The translations under genes and the position numbers were made by a program. The notes beneath the pieces were generated by a model that worked only from the letters and a program-made list of their open reading frames with translations, was not told where the DNA came from and searched no databases. Below, in pieces: positions 19,899-29,928 of a DNA stretch of 64,000 nucleotides; the stretch's first letter is position 1; each line of letters begins with the position of its first letter. Origin of the DNA: a virus (taxonomy: Duplodnaviria > Heunggongvirae > Uroviricota > Caudoviricetes); the IMG/VR virus record IMGVR_UViG_3300017989_000089, positions 1-64,000 of that record; one strand, written 5' to 3'.

Positions 19899-22800
19899 TT
19901 ATGGTGCATCACAGGCACTATCTGTGCGTAGGATGCTGATTACAACCTCGGTTCCGTTTGCTAGCTCCGCAATCAATGCACAGTCGTTGCCGGGGCCACC
20001 GGCACCACGATCTGACACATCGGAGAAATACAACCTGATATCGCTTCCACCAGGACTGGCTATAGCACCGCTTTGGTGCTCTAGATCCAAGTAAGCCCCG
20101 CTTTGGAGAGCGACCGTTCCGGTAGCTGCCGGGATAGTCACCGTATTCACTCCAGATGGAGAAGCAAAATCAAGATAGGTACCAGTCGTTGTGTTTCCCC
20201 ACAAGAACGTGTGATCCCATCCAGTACCCATCACGTGCAAAACCTCGTTTGCAGAGGATGGAGAGATACCGGACCACTGCACACCAAACTTGTTCCCAGC
20301 GGTGTGAGCGGCAGACGGGAAGTTGACCTTAAAGAACTCACGTTGATCTCCGGCGCTGTCCATCGCAGTCTCGTTCGTCTGCTCCATCAGGAAGCTGTAG
20401 CCGGAGTTGCCCGCCGCAACCTCTGATCCCATCTCGAAGTTAGGATCCTGAGTTGTCAACCTTGCCCAACGTATTGGACCGGTTGATGGAGCGAAGACGA
20501 TCGACCCTAGATACGGTGTATAGGTCTCTAGCCTCTGGTTCGGATCTCCGAAGTCACGGAGCTTAATGTATCCATCCGTTGTTGCGTCGTACCCGAAGTG
20601 GAGTTCAACCTCACTTGGAATCTGGATATCACCGGACGCACCGAGTGTAATATCAGCACCATCATCAGTGATCTGTGAGTCCGCCATCTCACTACCGTCC
20701 CACTTCGGTATAGCGTCGGAGGTAAGGCTGGAACCAGAAAGCGGTACACTACTTGCACCTGGATCGAAATAGCTAGACATGACCCACTGTGCTGTTGGGG
20801 TTGTCTGGTAAACGAATCCAATAGTGGACCCGGGCGTAAAGGTGAACGCGGATCCAGGTACCTCTTGTTGTCCTGCGATATCGTTCACAGTGATATCGAC
20901 GGAACCCTGGTTGTGTACGTAGAACCATACACCAGGCATGTCTCCGGCGCTTTCCGCAATCGACAAATCACAAGGTCCGGTAATGCAGGCGACGTTTCTC
21001 CACGAACCGGTTGGGGATTGCATCGGAGTTTCGGTAAGTGTCCCCGCGTTCAATTGATGTGTCGAGATGTTGAATCTGCGCGCACTTGCGAACTGGAAGT
21101 AACCGTTATCGGATGATGCGACAATGTCGTCTCCGGCTCCGTTCGCAGTGAGCAATAGGTTTCCACCGTTCACGGCGAACTGAAGCGTACCTGCTCTAGT
21201 GATGGTTCCAGCCCCGTTATCACTCATAGATCCGTCTACGATATTCGGTGAAGCAAACCTTGGGATGACGTTTGTAGTTCCGGATCCTGCGCTAACCAGC
21301 GCAACCGTCCCTGTTGCGTCTGGAAAGGTAACAGTGTTTGTGCCCGATGGGGACGGCACGTCAATGAAGAACTGGTTTCCCTGACCGGAAGTCGCGTCCG
21401 TATTGACCTCCAGCAGGTGATCGAACGTATTCCTCATCGACAGCAACGATTCCGTCGCATTGGCACTGTTAGCAGAGAGTTGTACACGAAAAGCATTCAA
21501 CCAGTTATTGGCTCCTGTGTGTGCGGCGTTTGTGATACTGGAGGAATACATATTCTTGACATCGTTACCATCCATCACTGCAGGATTGCCTAGGTGAACT
21601 ATGTCATTGGAGCTAGTTCCAGCCGCTCCAAATGTGGCATGCACACGAAACCGCTCCTGGTTGTTCTCTTCCAGTATCTTAAAGATGCCGGTTGGGTAAC
21701 TATCTAGGTAGAACCAATGAACAAGCCCGCCTCCTGTGGTCCCGTACTCGATATCAGTTCCCCAGTCCCAGATGTTGGAGTCCACCAGCTTTGTTCCATC
21801 CCAATAAGGGATCTTGTTTGCTGTCAAGCCGGATTCAAGTACGACTGTACCGCTAGCGTTTGGAAAAAGGATTGTTCTGTCAGCAGTAGGATTGACGACA
21901 TGAACTGTAGTCTCCCACGCATCGCCGACGCTCCCCTCAAATGCTAGACCTGCATCCATGTAACGCCCGAAGTAGATACCCCACTCGTCGGCATTTGCAT
22001 TTGGTGCGGTGAACGAATCGAGATAGAGCCAGGTCCATTCTCCGCCAGTGTGCGCCCCCTGAGCCACTTGCATATTGAATAGCTTTTGCACATCACCTGG
22101 AGCCATCGCGATAGTTGTTATGTTCCCAGCACCCATATAGCTACCGTTGGCAGCTGGTGTGAACAACTGGAACCACCACTCATCGGCGGTTGCATCATCA
22201 TCTATCACGAAATTGAAACTTACATCAGCCCCAAGTCTCATACCGTATGGGGCATCAGCATGGATGTGGCGGATCTCTCCGATATCGTTGGAGGTCTGAT
22301 GAAAGTTTATACCGTAGACAACCTCGGAGGAATCGTCCGCATCACCAAAGTTCATGTTGATGTAGTTGGTCTTTCCACTAGACAATGCCGTAATGTCCGG
22401 ATTGAAATTGAAGAGGTTGATTGTATTCCCCGCACCAGGGTCATTAAGCGTTGGTGCGATGGAAAGTACATCCCCTCCTGATGCCGCTGCTGGCACTGCC
22501 GCCTCTGCAATCTCGGAGTCAACTAGCTCGCCGGTTGTGCTTCCCTGGTACACATGTCTAGTTGCTGTCGACGTCACAACTCCAAACGTCCCAGACACGT
22601 CAGGTACAGCGATAGTCCGATTGGCGGTAGGAGTATTGAATCCAATATCAGTCGTGAACGTCGCAGTCTCGTAGCGAATCTCATTGTCCCAACCAGTCCC
22701 GAAGTTGATCGCGTTGTGGGTCGCGTTGGCTCCTGGTGTGATGTTCGAGAACTTGAAGCCATTCGCAACGTTGCCCGTTCCTGTATTTGCTGTAAACGTA

Positions 22801-24017
22801 GGCGAAAGTCTGAAAAAGTCCACAAGTGTTCGTGTGGTCCCGTTCATATCGCGGGCGTAGGCGTCGTACATAAACCAGCCAGTATCTGGAATCCCTGGTG
22901 CAGGTACATTGCTTCTATACCTGACATTGTAATCACCAGAATTCAATCCTGCCGCACCAACCGTCCATTCTTGGTAGGAGCCGTTGTTAATCAACGTGTC
23001 AATCACATCGAGGCGGTGCCGTCTATGAACCGTTCCAGTCCCGGAATCGAAATAGACTTCGTAGATCCCTCCGCCTCCTGGCCAACTAGAAAACAATAGC
23101 TTGTAGTCGTTAGGGAACCGTACACCATTTACACCATCATCGGTGATCATAGAGTCACCGATTGTAGTTGCTCCTGTGAACTTGGTCATGTAGTTTGTGG
23201 TTCCACCAGCAGAGAGCATAATCGTACCAGTGGCCGCAGGGATCGTTACAGTATTGTTCCCAGACGGAGCAGCAAAATCCAGGTACGTATTGTTCGCTCC
23301 AGCTGCATCACCCTTGTTCCAATCGTGATCCCATCCGCTACCAAGCTGTGTGTGGATCTCAGTTGCGGCAGATGGAGTGATAGATCCCCAAAACGCACCA
23401 TATTTGATTCCTGCAGTATGTGCTCCGGAAGCGGGTTCAATGTTAAGGTGGTACCGTCGATCATCTGCACTGTCCATCGCACTTTCAGTACCCTGACCGA
23501 TAATATTGAACTGAGGGCCAGACGTACCGGCTAGCACAAGAGCATTCATATTGATGTATGGCTTGTTGGCTCCACCATAATCGTAGATGACACTCCAAGG
23601 ACCACCAACGAACATCGCAATACCGGCGTTGTTGTTTTGTGCATCGATCTCGAAACGATCTGCAGCACCACCGAACGTGCGGTGGATAAGCGTAGTAATG
23701 TTGGCACCGGTACCAAAATCAACCTGATAGTCATAAGGAATGATCAGATTGGTGAGCGTGTCTTGAAGCGCGCTCGAGTCCTGAGTATGAGCACCACTCC
23801 AACGAACAAGATACGGAGACACACCAGTACCGGTCACATTATCAGCAGGGATAGGCCCACCACCACCACCACAGACGAAGTTGTCGTAGGCGTCAAAGCA
23901 GTTCTCGAGTGCCATAATCGCCTTAGACGACAGACCTCCGCCTTGTCTGCTACTCTGTGCAGATGCCATCCCGGCGATAGCCAAGAACACGACAAAGAAT
24001 AGGAATGTGCGTTTCAT
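19899..24017 (-). CDS. giant Sec-signal-peptide protein with internal ~150-250-aa repeats
   Basis: 1372 aa. N-terminus MKRTFLFFVVFLAIAGMASA-QSS is a typical signal peptide. At least four repeat units share ..AHTAG.K(Y/F)G..W...(P/S)..A.E...G.GWDH......YLDFA.PSG.NTVT(I/F)P(A/D)ATGT(I/V)AL.S. Confidence 0.6.
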   Translation of the reverse strand: MKRTFLFFVVFLAIAGMASAQSSRQGGGLSSKAIMALENCFDAYDNFVCGGGGGPIPADNVTGTGVSPYLVRWSGAHTQDSSALQDTLTNLIIPYDYQVDFGTGANITTLIHRTFGGAADRFEIDAQNNNAGIAMFVGGPWSVIYDYGGANKPYINMNALVLAGTSGPQFNIIGQGTESAMDSADDRRYHLNIEPASGAHTAGIKYGAFWGSITPSAATEIHTQLGSGWDHDWNKGDAAGANNTYLDFAAPSGNNTVTIPAATGTIMLSAGGTTNYMTKFTGATTIGDSMITDDGVNGVRFPNDYKLLFSSWPGGGGIYEVYFDSGTGTVHRRHRLDVIDTLINNGSYQEWTVGAAGLNSGDYNVRYRSNVPAPGIPDTGWFMYDAYARDMNGTTRTLVDFFRLSPTFTANTGTGNVANGFKFSNITPGANATHNAINFGTGWDNEIRYETATFTTDIGFNTPTANRTIAVPDVSGTFGVVTSTATRHVYQGSTTGELVDSEIAEAAVPAAASGGDVLSIAPTLNDPGAGNTINLFNFNPDITALSSGKTNYINMNFGDADDSSEVVYGINFHQTSNDIGEIRHIHADAPYGMRLGADVSFNFVIDDDATADEWWFQLFTPAANGSYMGAGNITTIAMAPGDVQKLFNMQVAQGAHTGGEWTWLYLDSFTAPNANADEWGIYFGRYMDAGLAFEGSVGDAWETTVHVVNPTADRTILFPNASGTVVLESGLTANKIPYWDGTKLVDSNIWDWGTDIEYGTTGGGLVHWFYLDSYPTGIFKILEENNQERFRVHATFGAAGTSSNDIVHLGNPAVMDGNDVKNMYSSSITNAAHTGANNWLNAFRVQLSANSANATESLLSMRNTFDHLLEVNTDATSGQGNQFFIDVPSPSGTNTVTFPDATGTVALVSAGSGTTNVIPRFASPNIVDGSMSDNGAGTITRAGTLQFAVNGGNLLLTANGAGDDIVASSDNGYFQFASARRFNISTHQLNAGTLTETPMQSPTGSWRNVACITGPCDLSIAESAGDMPGVWFYVHNQGSVDITVNDIAGQQEVPGSAFTFTPGSTIGFVYQTTPTAQWVMSSYFDPGASSVPLSGSSLTSDAIPKWDGSEMADSQITDDGADITLGASGDIQIPSEVELHFGYDATTDGYIKLRDFGDPNQRLETYTPYLGSIVFAPSTGPIRWARLTTQDPNFEMGSEVAAGNSGYSFLMEQTNETAMDSAGDQREFFKVNFPSAAHTAGNKFGVQWSGISPSSANEVLHVMGTGWDHTFLWGNTTTGTYLDFASPSGVNTVTIPAATGTVALQSGAYLDLEHQSGAIASPGGSDIRLYFSDVSDRGAGGPGNDCALIAELANGTEVVISILRTDSACDAP

Positions 24018-24511
24018 TATCTCAGTCTCCGCGAACCGTAGTAGTAGATGGAGATGTCTTCATCCGCCGCATCGCCATCGTCCGCACCATTGATCCTGAT
24101 ACCCACACGGATCTGTCTGAGGGCTTCAGGGATGACTACGTAGTGCGTGCCGACAGCTGCGAAGGAGTTTGTCAAACCGAGTTGAATGGGAGAAGTCCCT
24201 ACCTTGACTCTGGCGTAAATAGAGATATCGATGGTTCCGGCTGCTAGTGCCATCGCATCGACATGCATAGCGATCCCTTTGAAGTCTTCAGTACGCGCAT
24301 CAACCCATCCATCTTCAGCTGCGGTTCCGGTGGAGCACTGATCCATGCCCTCGGGAGGATTGGTCGCGTACGTAACAGGATCGCAGTAGACGTATGCAAC
24401 GGAGTCGAGGTCGTAGTTCTCGAAAATATCTGCCCGCTTGCCACCCGTTTGTGTAGCGGCTGGAATTGCCAGACACAATACGAGCGCGAGTGCGAAAGCT
24501 ATACGCTTCAT
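24017..24511 (-). CDS. small Sec-signal-peptide protein
   Basis: 164 aa. N-terminus MKRIAFALALVLCLAIPAATQ. Its stop overlaps the start of the giant protein as TAATGA. Confidence 0.5.
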   Translation of the reverse strand: MKRIAFALALVLCLAIPAATQTGGKRADIFENYDLDSVAYVYCDPVTYATNPPEGMDQCSTGTAAEDGWVDARTEDFKGIAMHVDAMALAAGTIDISIYARVKVGTSPIQLGLTNSFAAVGTHYVVIPEALRQIRVGIRINGADDGDAADEDISIYYYGSRRLR

Positions 24512-24591
24512 TTCAACACCTCAAGGCTCTGGGGGAAGAGCCCCTATGCAGAGGTGCATACACTCACGCCCTTCCCCCGGAAAGCATTGTT

Positions 24592-25050
24592 TTAGACTAG
24601 GTTCGCGTAGAGGATGTAGATATCCCCGCGGAACTGGACCCAGTCGCCAAGCGATCCGGCCTGGTACTGGATGGTCTCTCCACCACCATCGACATCGGCT
24701 TCAGGAACCAGAGTACCTGCTCCGTCTTCATCCACCACGAGCAGATCACCTCTTGTCTGCCCAGCATTGTCGAGTGTGGCCTTCTTCAGACCTGTCGTTG
24801 AAACATCAACTGCTGCCATGTACCCATTCGGATCACTCGTGCGTCCAACGTCGAGCGTCTTCGCGGCTCCTGCAACTTCAGCTACGCGAACATCCAGGAA
24901 GACATCGAGAACGACTGCTTTGGAGGGAAGAGTGAATCCTGTATTTTGAATGTTACCATCGGGTGCAGCATTGATGCGAATTCTCTTGATAGACGGAAGA
25001 AGCCCATCCATCACACGTGCTCTTGCTCGAGTTAGTTGCTGAATTCCCAT
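24592..25050 (-). CDS. hypothetical head-associated protein
   Basis: 152 aa, downstream of the capsid gene. Confidence 0.4.
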   Translation of the reverse strand: MGIQQLTRARARVMDGLLPSIKRIRINAAPDGNIQNTGFTLPSKAVVLDVFLDVRVAEVAGAAKTLDVGRTSDPNGYMAAVDVSTTGLKKATLDNAGQTRGDLLVVDEDGAGTLVPEADVDGGGETIQYQAGSLGDWVQFRGDIYILYANLV

Positions 25051-25056
25051 TTCACA

Positions 25057-25383
25057 TTACCCCTTTTTAGCCACCGGCACCCTTCCGACTGCAGGGACAT
25101 CCCCTACATCCTTCCCTCCAGGTCTCTCGGAGAGAACAGGAGGTTTCGGTGACACCGACAGCTTAGAAACTTCCCGAGAAGTAGGTAGCGGTTCACGCTC
25201 GTTCTTCACGATGCGGTTACCGGACTTCACTTGCTCCTTGTCCTTCTCGGGCGCAGAAGGCTTACCGATGAATCGGTGCTCCAAGAGGAGGCGCTCATTC
25301 TTCCAGTGAGACGTCTCAACTATCTCCCCTCTTTCGAGCATGCGTCCTTCTGCCTTAAACTTCTTCAGAACTTGGTGCAACAT
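25057..25383 (-). CDS. hypothetical protein
   Basis: 108 aa, basic and Pro-rich. Confidence 0.3.
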   Translation of the reverse strand: MLHQVLKKFKAEGRMLERGEIVETSHWKNERLLLEHRFIGKPSAPEKDKEQVKSGNRIVKNEREPLPTSREVSKLSVSPKPPVLSERPGGKDVGDVPAVGRVPVAKKG

Positions 25384-25454
25384 CTCAGATTCCTTTCTCT
25401 GAGTTGCTGGTGGACCCCGTAGGGCCCACCAACTCAGTTAACGGTTACGCTGCT

Positions 25455-26405
25455 TTAGGAAACAGCGTTAGTCCAGAAGTAGCCCATGTCAGGCGCGACA
25501 ACCTTGTTGTCCCACGCCTTCTCGGCCTCGACCCGCTCCGCCTTCTTGAGGCGCATTGGGATACGAGTGATTCCGATGGCTTCTCCGAGACCTTGGCTGA
25601 CTCCACGCCAAGCGAAGGTGTATCCAGCGGAAGGCTCATAGAGCCCAGGTGCGCTGGCAACGTACATGAGCAACGCCTGCTTTCCTTGGATGAAATCGTA
25701 AGCTTCGGCCTCACCCTCAGCATTGGTCGCCTGAATTGCACGACACACCATGATCCGCTCTACACCAAACAGGGTGGCGAGAAGATCTTCAGCAACGACA
25801 CGGAACTGCGTGTACTTGATCCGGTCGATGATGTCCGGATGGTTCTTCAGCTTCCGGAACACCTGGTAGCCCATAACAAGCGTGTTAGGCTTGTGGCCGG
25901 TCGTACCAAGAATGGTCTCCTTTCCTTCTTCGACATCGTCGATAGGATCGGAGGACGCATAGTCGTCCCAGGAATCGGTGAGAGTGATATCGCTATCCCA
26001 AACACCGATAGTGAAGAAGTCAGCCGCCCACTGATTCTCTTGACGGAGAAGCATCTTCTGCGTCACGAACCGAGTGGCATCACGGAACGGATTGAGAGGT
26101 ACGTCCGTATTGGACGCAGTCTGGTTGTCCACATCCTTGTGGATGGCCCAGACGTCGCAGTTGTAGTTGTCGGTTCCGACGTTATATCCAGACCCCTCCG
26201 ACTCGGTAGCCGGTGCTCGCCGTTTCGCCTCATCGCGGAACCAATCATTCTTGTCATAGACATAGTAGAGGTCGCTCTTCTTGTCTACAGGAATGATCGG
26301 AAATACCTTCGTAGCACAAAAGGCATCCTGTTCCTGGATGTACGCAACGGAGACCTGGGTGAGGATCGCGTCTACGTGAACTTGATTGAGTGTAGGTTGT
26401 GGCAT
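25455..26405 (-). CDS. major capsid protein
   Basis: 316 aa, after scaffold and decoration genes. Preceded by AAGGAGGA. Confidence 0.65.
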   Translation of the reverse strand: MPQPTLNQVHVDAILTQVSVAYIQEQDAFCATKVFPIIPVDKKSDLYYVYDKNDWFRDEAKRRAPATESEGSGYNVGTDNYNCDVWAIHKDVDNQTASNTDVPLNPFRDATRFVTQKMLLRQENQWAADFFTIGVWDSDITLTDSWDDYASSDPIDDVEEGKETILGTTGHKPNTLVMGYQVFRKLKNHPDIIDRIKYTQFRVVAEDLLATLFGVERIMVCRAIQATNAEGEAEAYDFIQGKQALLMYVASAPGLYEPSAGYTFAWRGVSQGLGEAIGITRIPMRLKKAERVEAEKAWDNKVVAPDMGYFWTNAVS

Positions 26406-26418
26406 TGGTCAATCCTCC

Positions 26419-26814
26419 TTATGCAGCCCTGGAAGGCGCTGCGCAATCGATCAACGCCGAGAAGATCGTTCCAGCACCGGACGCATCTTCCATAGCTTTT
26501 CCAAGCTTGAACTGCGTCACGTCCATACCAGAAACAATCGTGTCTCCCTCACCATCTGCAGAGGTTCCGAGTTCGTCGCCGTAGCTGATACCACTGTCGG
26601 CGACAAGCTTGGTGATACCGTATACAACGATCTCAACCTCTTCCCCTTCCTCGGGATCACCTTGCTGGACTCCAACAGGCTCATCCGTATTTGCGGTCAC
26701 CTTGATGACCTCATTGGGGTTGGCAGGGTCGATTTTCACGAAGCGATACTGGTTGTCCGAAAGATCCTCTCCAGCAACCCTAGTGATCTTGAAACCATGA
26801 AGTTCGGTAGCCAT
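26419..26814 (-). CDS. head decoration / DUF2190-like protein
   Basis: 131 aa, acidic and Gly-rich, located between the scaffold and major capsid genes. Confidence 0.4.
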   Translation of the reverse strand: MATELHGFKITRVAGEDLSDNQYRFVKIDPANPNEVIKVTANTDEPVGVQQGDPEEGEEVEIVVYGITKLVADSGISYGDELGTSADGEGDTIVSGMDVTQFKLGKAMEDASGAGTIFSALIDCAAPSRAA

Positions 26815-26820
26815 GTTTAG

Positions 26821-28281
26821 TTACCCCCTGGTTTCCGCTAGGTACTCGTCATAGAGTCGCGGATTCTCTTCGGTAGCTCTGACGAACGCTTGCGCTTCCG
26901 TCATGCCGTTTTCACTCTTCTCGACGATGGACTTCGCGATCTCCTTGATACGAGCGTATGCAGATCCAGCTTCAGAAAGTTGGAACGATCCGCCCTTCGC
27001 GTCCTCGAAAGCCTTCGTTGCCGCAATGGCTTCGTCAGCAGCCTTCAAGATCCGCTCAAAGGTCTCCGCTTGCTCCTTCGTGAGAGCTTCATGAACCGCC
27101 TGGACCATAGGACCGAGTTCATCCGACTTCACAGGAAGATTCGGATAGTCCTCTGCGGCCTTGGCGATCGCCTTCTCGTTGGCACGAGCTTTACGCTCTG
27201 CCTCGAGTTCTGCTTTGGTCTCCGCTTGCTCCTTACGAATAGCAGCGATTTCCTTTTGCTGCTTCTCGTAATCAGCCTTGGAGATGGTTACTTCCTCGGA
27301 AGCTTCGTCGGCCTTCTTCATCTTCGCCTTCTTCATCTTCTCTTCCTCCTCCTCTTCTTCCTCTTCAGAGGGCATAGGAGGTTGCTTCGAAACTTTGGCC
27401 TTCTCTACTTCCTCGGACTTCGGTGTCTGCTCTTCCTCGAGTTCGCCCTTTTGGACTTCCTCTTCTAGAGCAGTCTTTTCATCAGCCATGGGTTTTTCCT
27501 CCGTGTCCGATTTGAGAATGTTTGGAAGGTCTTCACGAGACTTTTCTGGGTTGGCCTTCAACCACGCAGCGCGAACTCTAGCTCTTACCCTCCCGCGATC
27601 AGCCGCAGGAAGCTGGACTTTTTGTCCGCGGAATCCTTTGCCGAGTGCAGCAACAGCTGCTCCGACGATTCTGGGATCTGGGGCTCCACCAGGAGTGTTG
27701 GTGAGACGTAGCTTCCAAGTTGATGGTTTCTGAGGGTCCGGTACGTACGCGTAGTCGGAGGCAAAGAAATTTCTACCGCCCTCAGACTTCGTTGGTTTTT
27801 CCGCCTTATCTACGTTGCATTCCGCAGTTTCGGTCGCCTCCAGGTACGCGTCAACTTCTTCCTTGGTGATCTTTACATCACCATACTCGTAGACGTATTT
27901 GGACTGTGGTGCAATCTTCTCGATGACGTCTTCGGGTATTTCATCTCCGAAAGCCTTGAAAAGTCGGAGGGTGCCCTTTAGGGCGTTCCAGGCACGACTA
28001 GAGAGGTTCTCTTTCTCCACCATACCTTCAAGAATGGTGTCTTCGTTCTCAACTTCGGTAGTCAATGCTTCCTCCAAGTCGGCTTTCAGGATCTCTTCCT
28101 CAAATTGCTGGGTGTCGTTGAGATCCGACATTGGATCCTCCATTTTCATGAGTAGAAATCGTTGCTTGTTTGCGGCTTTGGGGACTAGGGACACCTCTCG
28201 CGCATCAATGTCTGCTAGTCTGTATTTTGCTCGCTCGTTAAGCCGCGTAGTCATGGCAATCACTTGTTCTGGATTGCTCAA
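26821..28281 (-). CDS. scaffolding protein
   Basis: 486 aa. Extremely E/K-rich coiled-coil region (EEEEEEEEEKMKKAKMKK). Confidence 0.5.
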   Translation of the reverse strand: MSNPEQVIAMTTRLNERAKYRLADIDAREVSLVPKAANKQRFLLMKMEDPMSDLNDTQQFEEEILKADLEEALTTEVENEDTILEGMVEKENLSSRAWNALKGTLRLFKAFGDEIPEDVIEKIAPQSKYVYEYGDVKITKEEVDAYLEATETAECNVDKAEKPTKSEGGRNFFASDYAYVPDPQKPSTWKLRLTNTPGGAPDPRIVGAAVAALGKGFRGQKVQLPAADRGRVRARVRAAWLKANPEKSREDLPNILKSDTEEKPMADEKTALEEEVQKGELEEEQTPKSEEVEKAKVSKQPPMPSEEEEEEEEEKMKKAKMKKADEASEEVTISKADYEKQQKEIAAIRKEQAETKAELEAERKARANEKAIAKAAEDYPNLPVKSDELGPMVQAVHEALTKEQAETFERILKAADEAIAATKAFEDAKGGSFQLSEAGSAYARIKEIAKSIVEKSENGMTEAQAFVRATEENPRLYDEYLAETRG

Positions 28282-28434
28282 CGCGACCCTTGCGAGACCC
28301 TTGCGGGTGAGGCAAGTAGGGTAGGGTTGAAGCGCGATGTCGACGCTTACTTTTGAGGAGCGTCGATAGGCTTACCCAGCATCATCTGGATGATGCAAAA
28401 TTTGCGTAGGTTTTGTCAAGAGGATTTTCCCAGA

Positions 28435-29928
28435 TCAGGCATTTTTTCTGCGAGTTCCGTGCCCTCCAACGCTGAATCCGTTGTACTCACCACGTTCAAC
28501 TCCGGCCCAGAGTGCAGGATCTTTCACCTTCACCCCAATGATCCAGGTGCCGACCTTCAAGCTTTTTGGACCGAGCTTGGTACGCCCTTGTGTCACGTAA
28601 CTATCTGTCAACTCAACACCTTCCGCGACTTTACGATGACGCAGACCAATCCGGCGAGAACGGAGCATGAAGCTCTCCGCAGCTTTTTCGATCTCTTCTG
28701 CACTCACCGTATCATCTTGAGTGTCGGTCTCTTCTGGCTCGAGAACGATTCCGTAAATTTTTTGCTTTTTCTTGTCGATTTTCGCGATTGGGACGTTGAA
28801 CCAGACATCTTCTTTCTTTATTTCGTCGTCTTCCTCATCCTCGTCCTTCCCACTACCTGGTTGGTGAACCTGCCCAAGTGTGGGCTGTCCTTTATCCACC
28901 TTTCCCCCACATTTCTTGTCAAGTTTGTTGGTTTCACGCTCCAGCTTGGCTTTCACTTTCTGCTTCACAGTTTCCTCACCTTGCCGTTTGAGCTTCGAGG
29001 ACTCGATAGCAGCGAGTTGGCGAATCGCATCGGAACGCTTGTCGTGTGTTCCAAGAACTTTCTGCCCAGAATCATCAGTTACTTCCCATTTTCCACTAGC
29101 AGTAGGACGAATACGCTTGCGGATCTTGGCCTTGACGAGTTCCATCACTGGCTTTTTAGGATCAGTATTTTCGTCATCATCATTTCCCATCTCGGATGCT
29201 TTGTGTAGACCGAGAGCTTGGTCCATCAATTCAGAATGGATAAGCTCCTGCGCAAGACGGAACCTGAACTCAGATAGATACTTCGCGCAGATGTTGAGAT
29301 CGCACTTGGCAAACCAGTAAATGGGATCGCCGTCCACGACTTGACATGTCCCCGCCTCACCCATGGAGCGCATGAAGAAACGGCAACCGGAGCAAGTAGT
29401 GTGGCCATCCGGAGCGCGATCGATATAGTTCGCCTGTTCCAAGGTGAACTTACCATTCTCCGAAACCATCTGAAGCGTCTCTTCTACAGTGTAGCCTCGA
29501 TCGCTCATTGGAGCATCGCGCATAATTTCACCCTGGAGTGTCTTCTCGACTTCGTCGTCAGTCTTCCCGATGTACTCCTGGATAACAGCCAGCTTCGTAT
29601 CGATAGAAAGTTTTCGTTCACGCATCTCTTGTACCACCCAATTGCTAGCCTTAAGGAAGGCTGATGTGTCTTCTTTCGTCCGCTTCGCAGTCACAAATAT
29701 CCTATTGAGCCGAGAAAGAATTGTTTTGAGTTCCTTATCCTTTAGGTTCTTCAAGCGTTCCGGCCTAAGCTGAGGGATCGCGATCTTCTCGAAGATAGAC
29801 GGGCCAGACATCTTCCATCTGGCCTGTGCCCCCGACATAGGGATGGCGGCAGACTTGATCTGCTCGTACAAGAACTCCGGAATGAGTTCCTTTGCTTTCT
29901 GGTGAAACGCCGAGTGGAATTCAGACAT
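28435..29928 (-). CDS. minor head protein (MuF-like) with C-terminal XkdF-like domain
   Basis: 497 aa, immediately after portal with overlapping stop and start. C-terminus KIYGIVLEPEETDTQDD...GFSVGG resembles the XkdF domain. Confidence 0.45.
   Translation of the reverse strand: MSEFHSAFHQKAKELIPEFLYEQIKSAAIPMSGAQARWKMSGPSIFEKIAIPQLRPERLKNLKDKELKTILSRLNRIFVTAKRTKEDTSAFLKASNWVVQEMRERKLSIDTKLAVIQEYIGKTDDEVEKTLQGEIMRDAPMSDRGYTVEETLQMVSENGKFTLEQANYIDRAPDGHTTCSGCRFFMRSMGEAGTCQVVDGDPIYWFAKCDLNICAKYLSEFRFRLAQELIHSELMDQALGLHKASEMGNDDDENTDPKKPVMELVKAKIRKRIRPTASGKWEVTDDSGQKVLGTHDKRSDAIRQLAAIESSKLKRQGEETVKQKVKAKLERETNKLDKKCGGKVDKGQPTLGQVHQPGSGKDEDEEDDEIKKEDVWFNVPIAKIDKKKQKIYGIVLEPEETDTQDDTVSAEEIEKAAESFMLRSRRIGLRHRKVAEGVELTDSYVTQGRTKLGPKSLKVGTWIIGVKVKDPALWAGVERGEYNGFSVGGHGTRRKNA

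Noticed and set aside
26890-27733. Plus-strand ORFs with Leu/Phe/Ser low-complexity peptides (26890-27468, 27278-27733).
   Set aside because: They are antisense to the E/K-rich scaffold gene (GAA/AAG repeats read in reverse). Not real genes.
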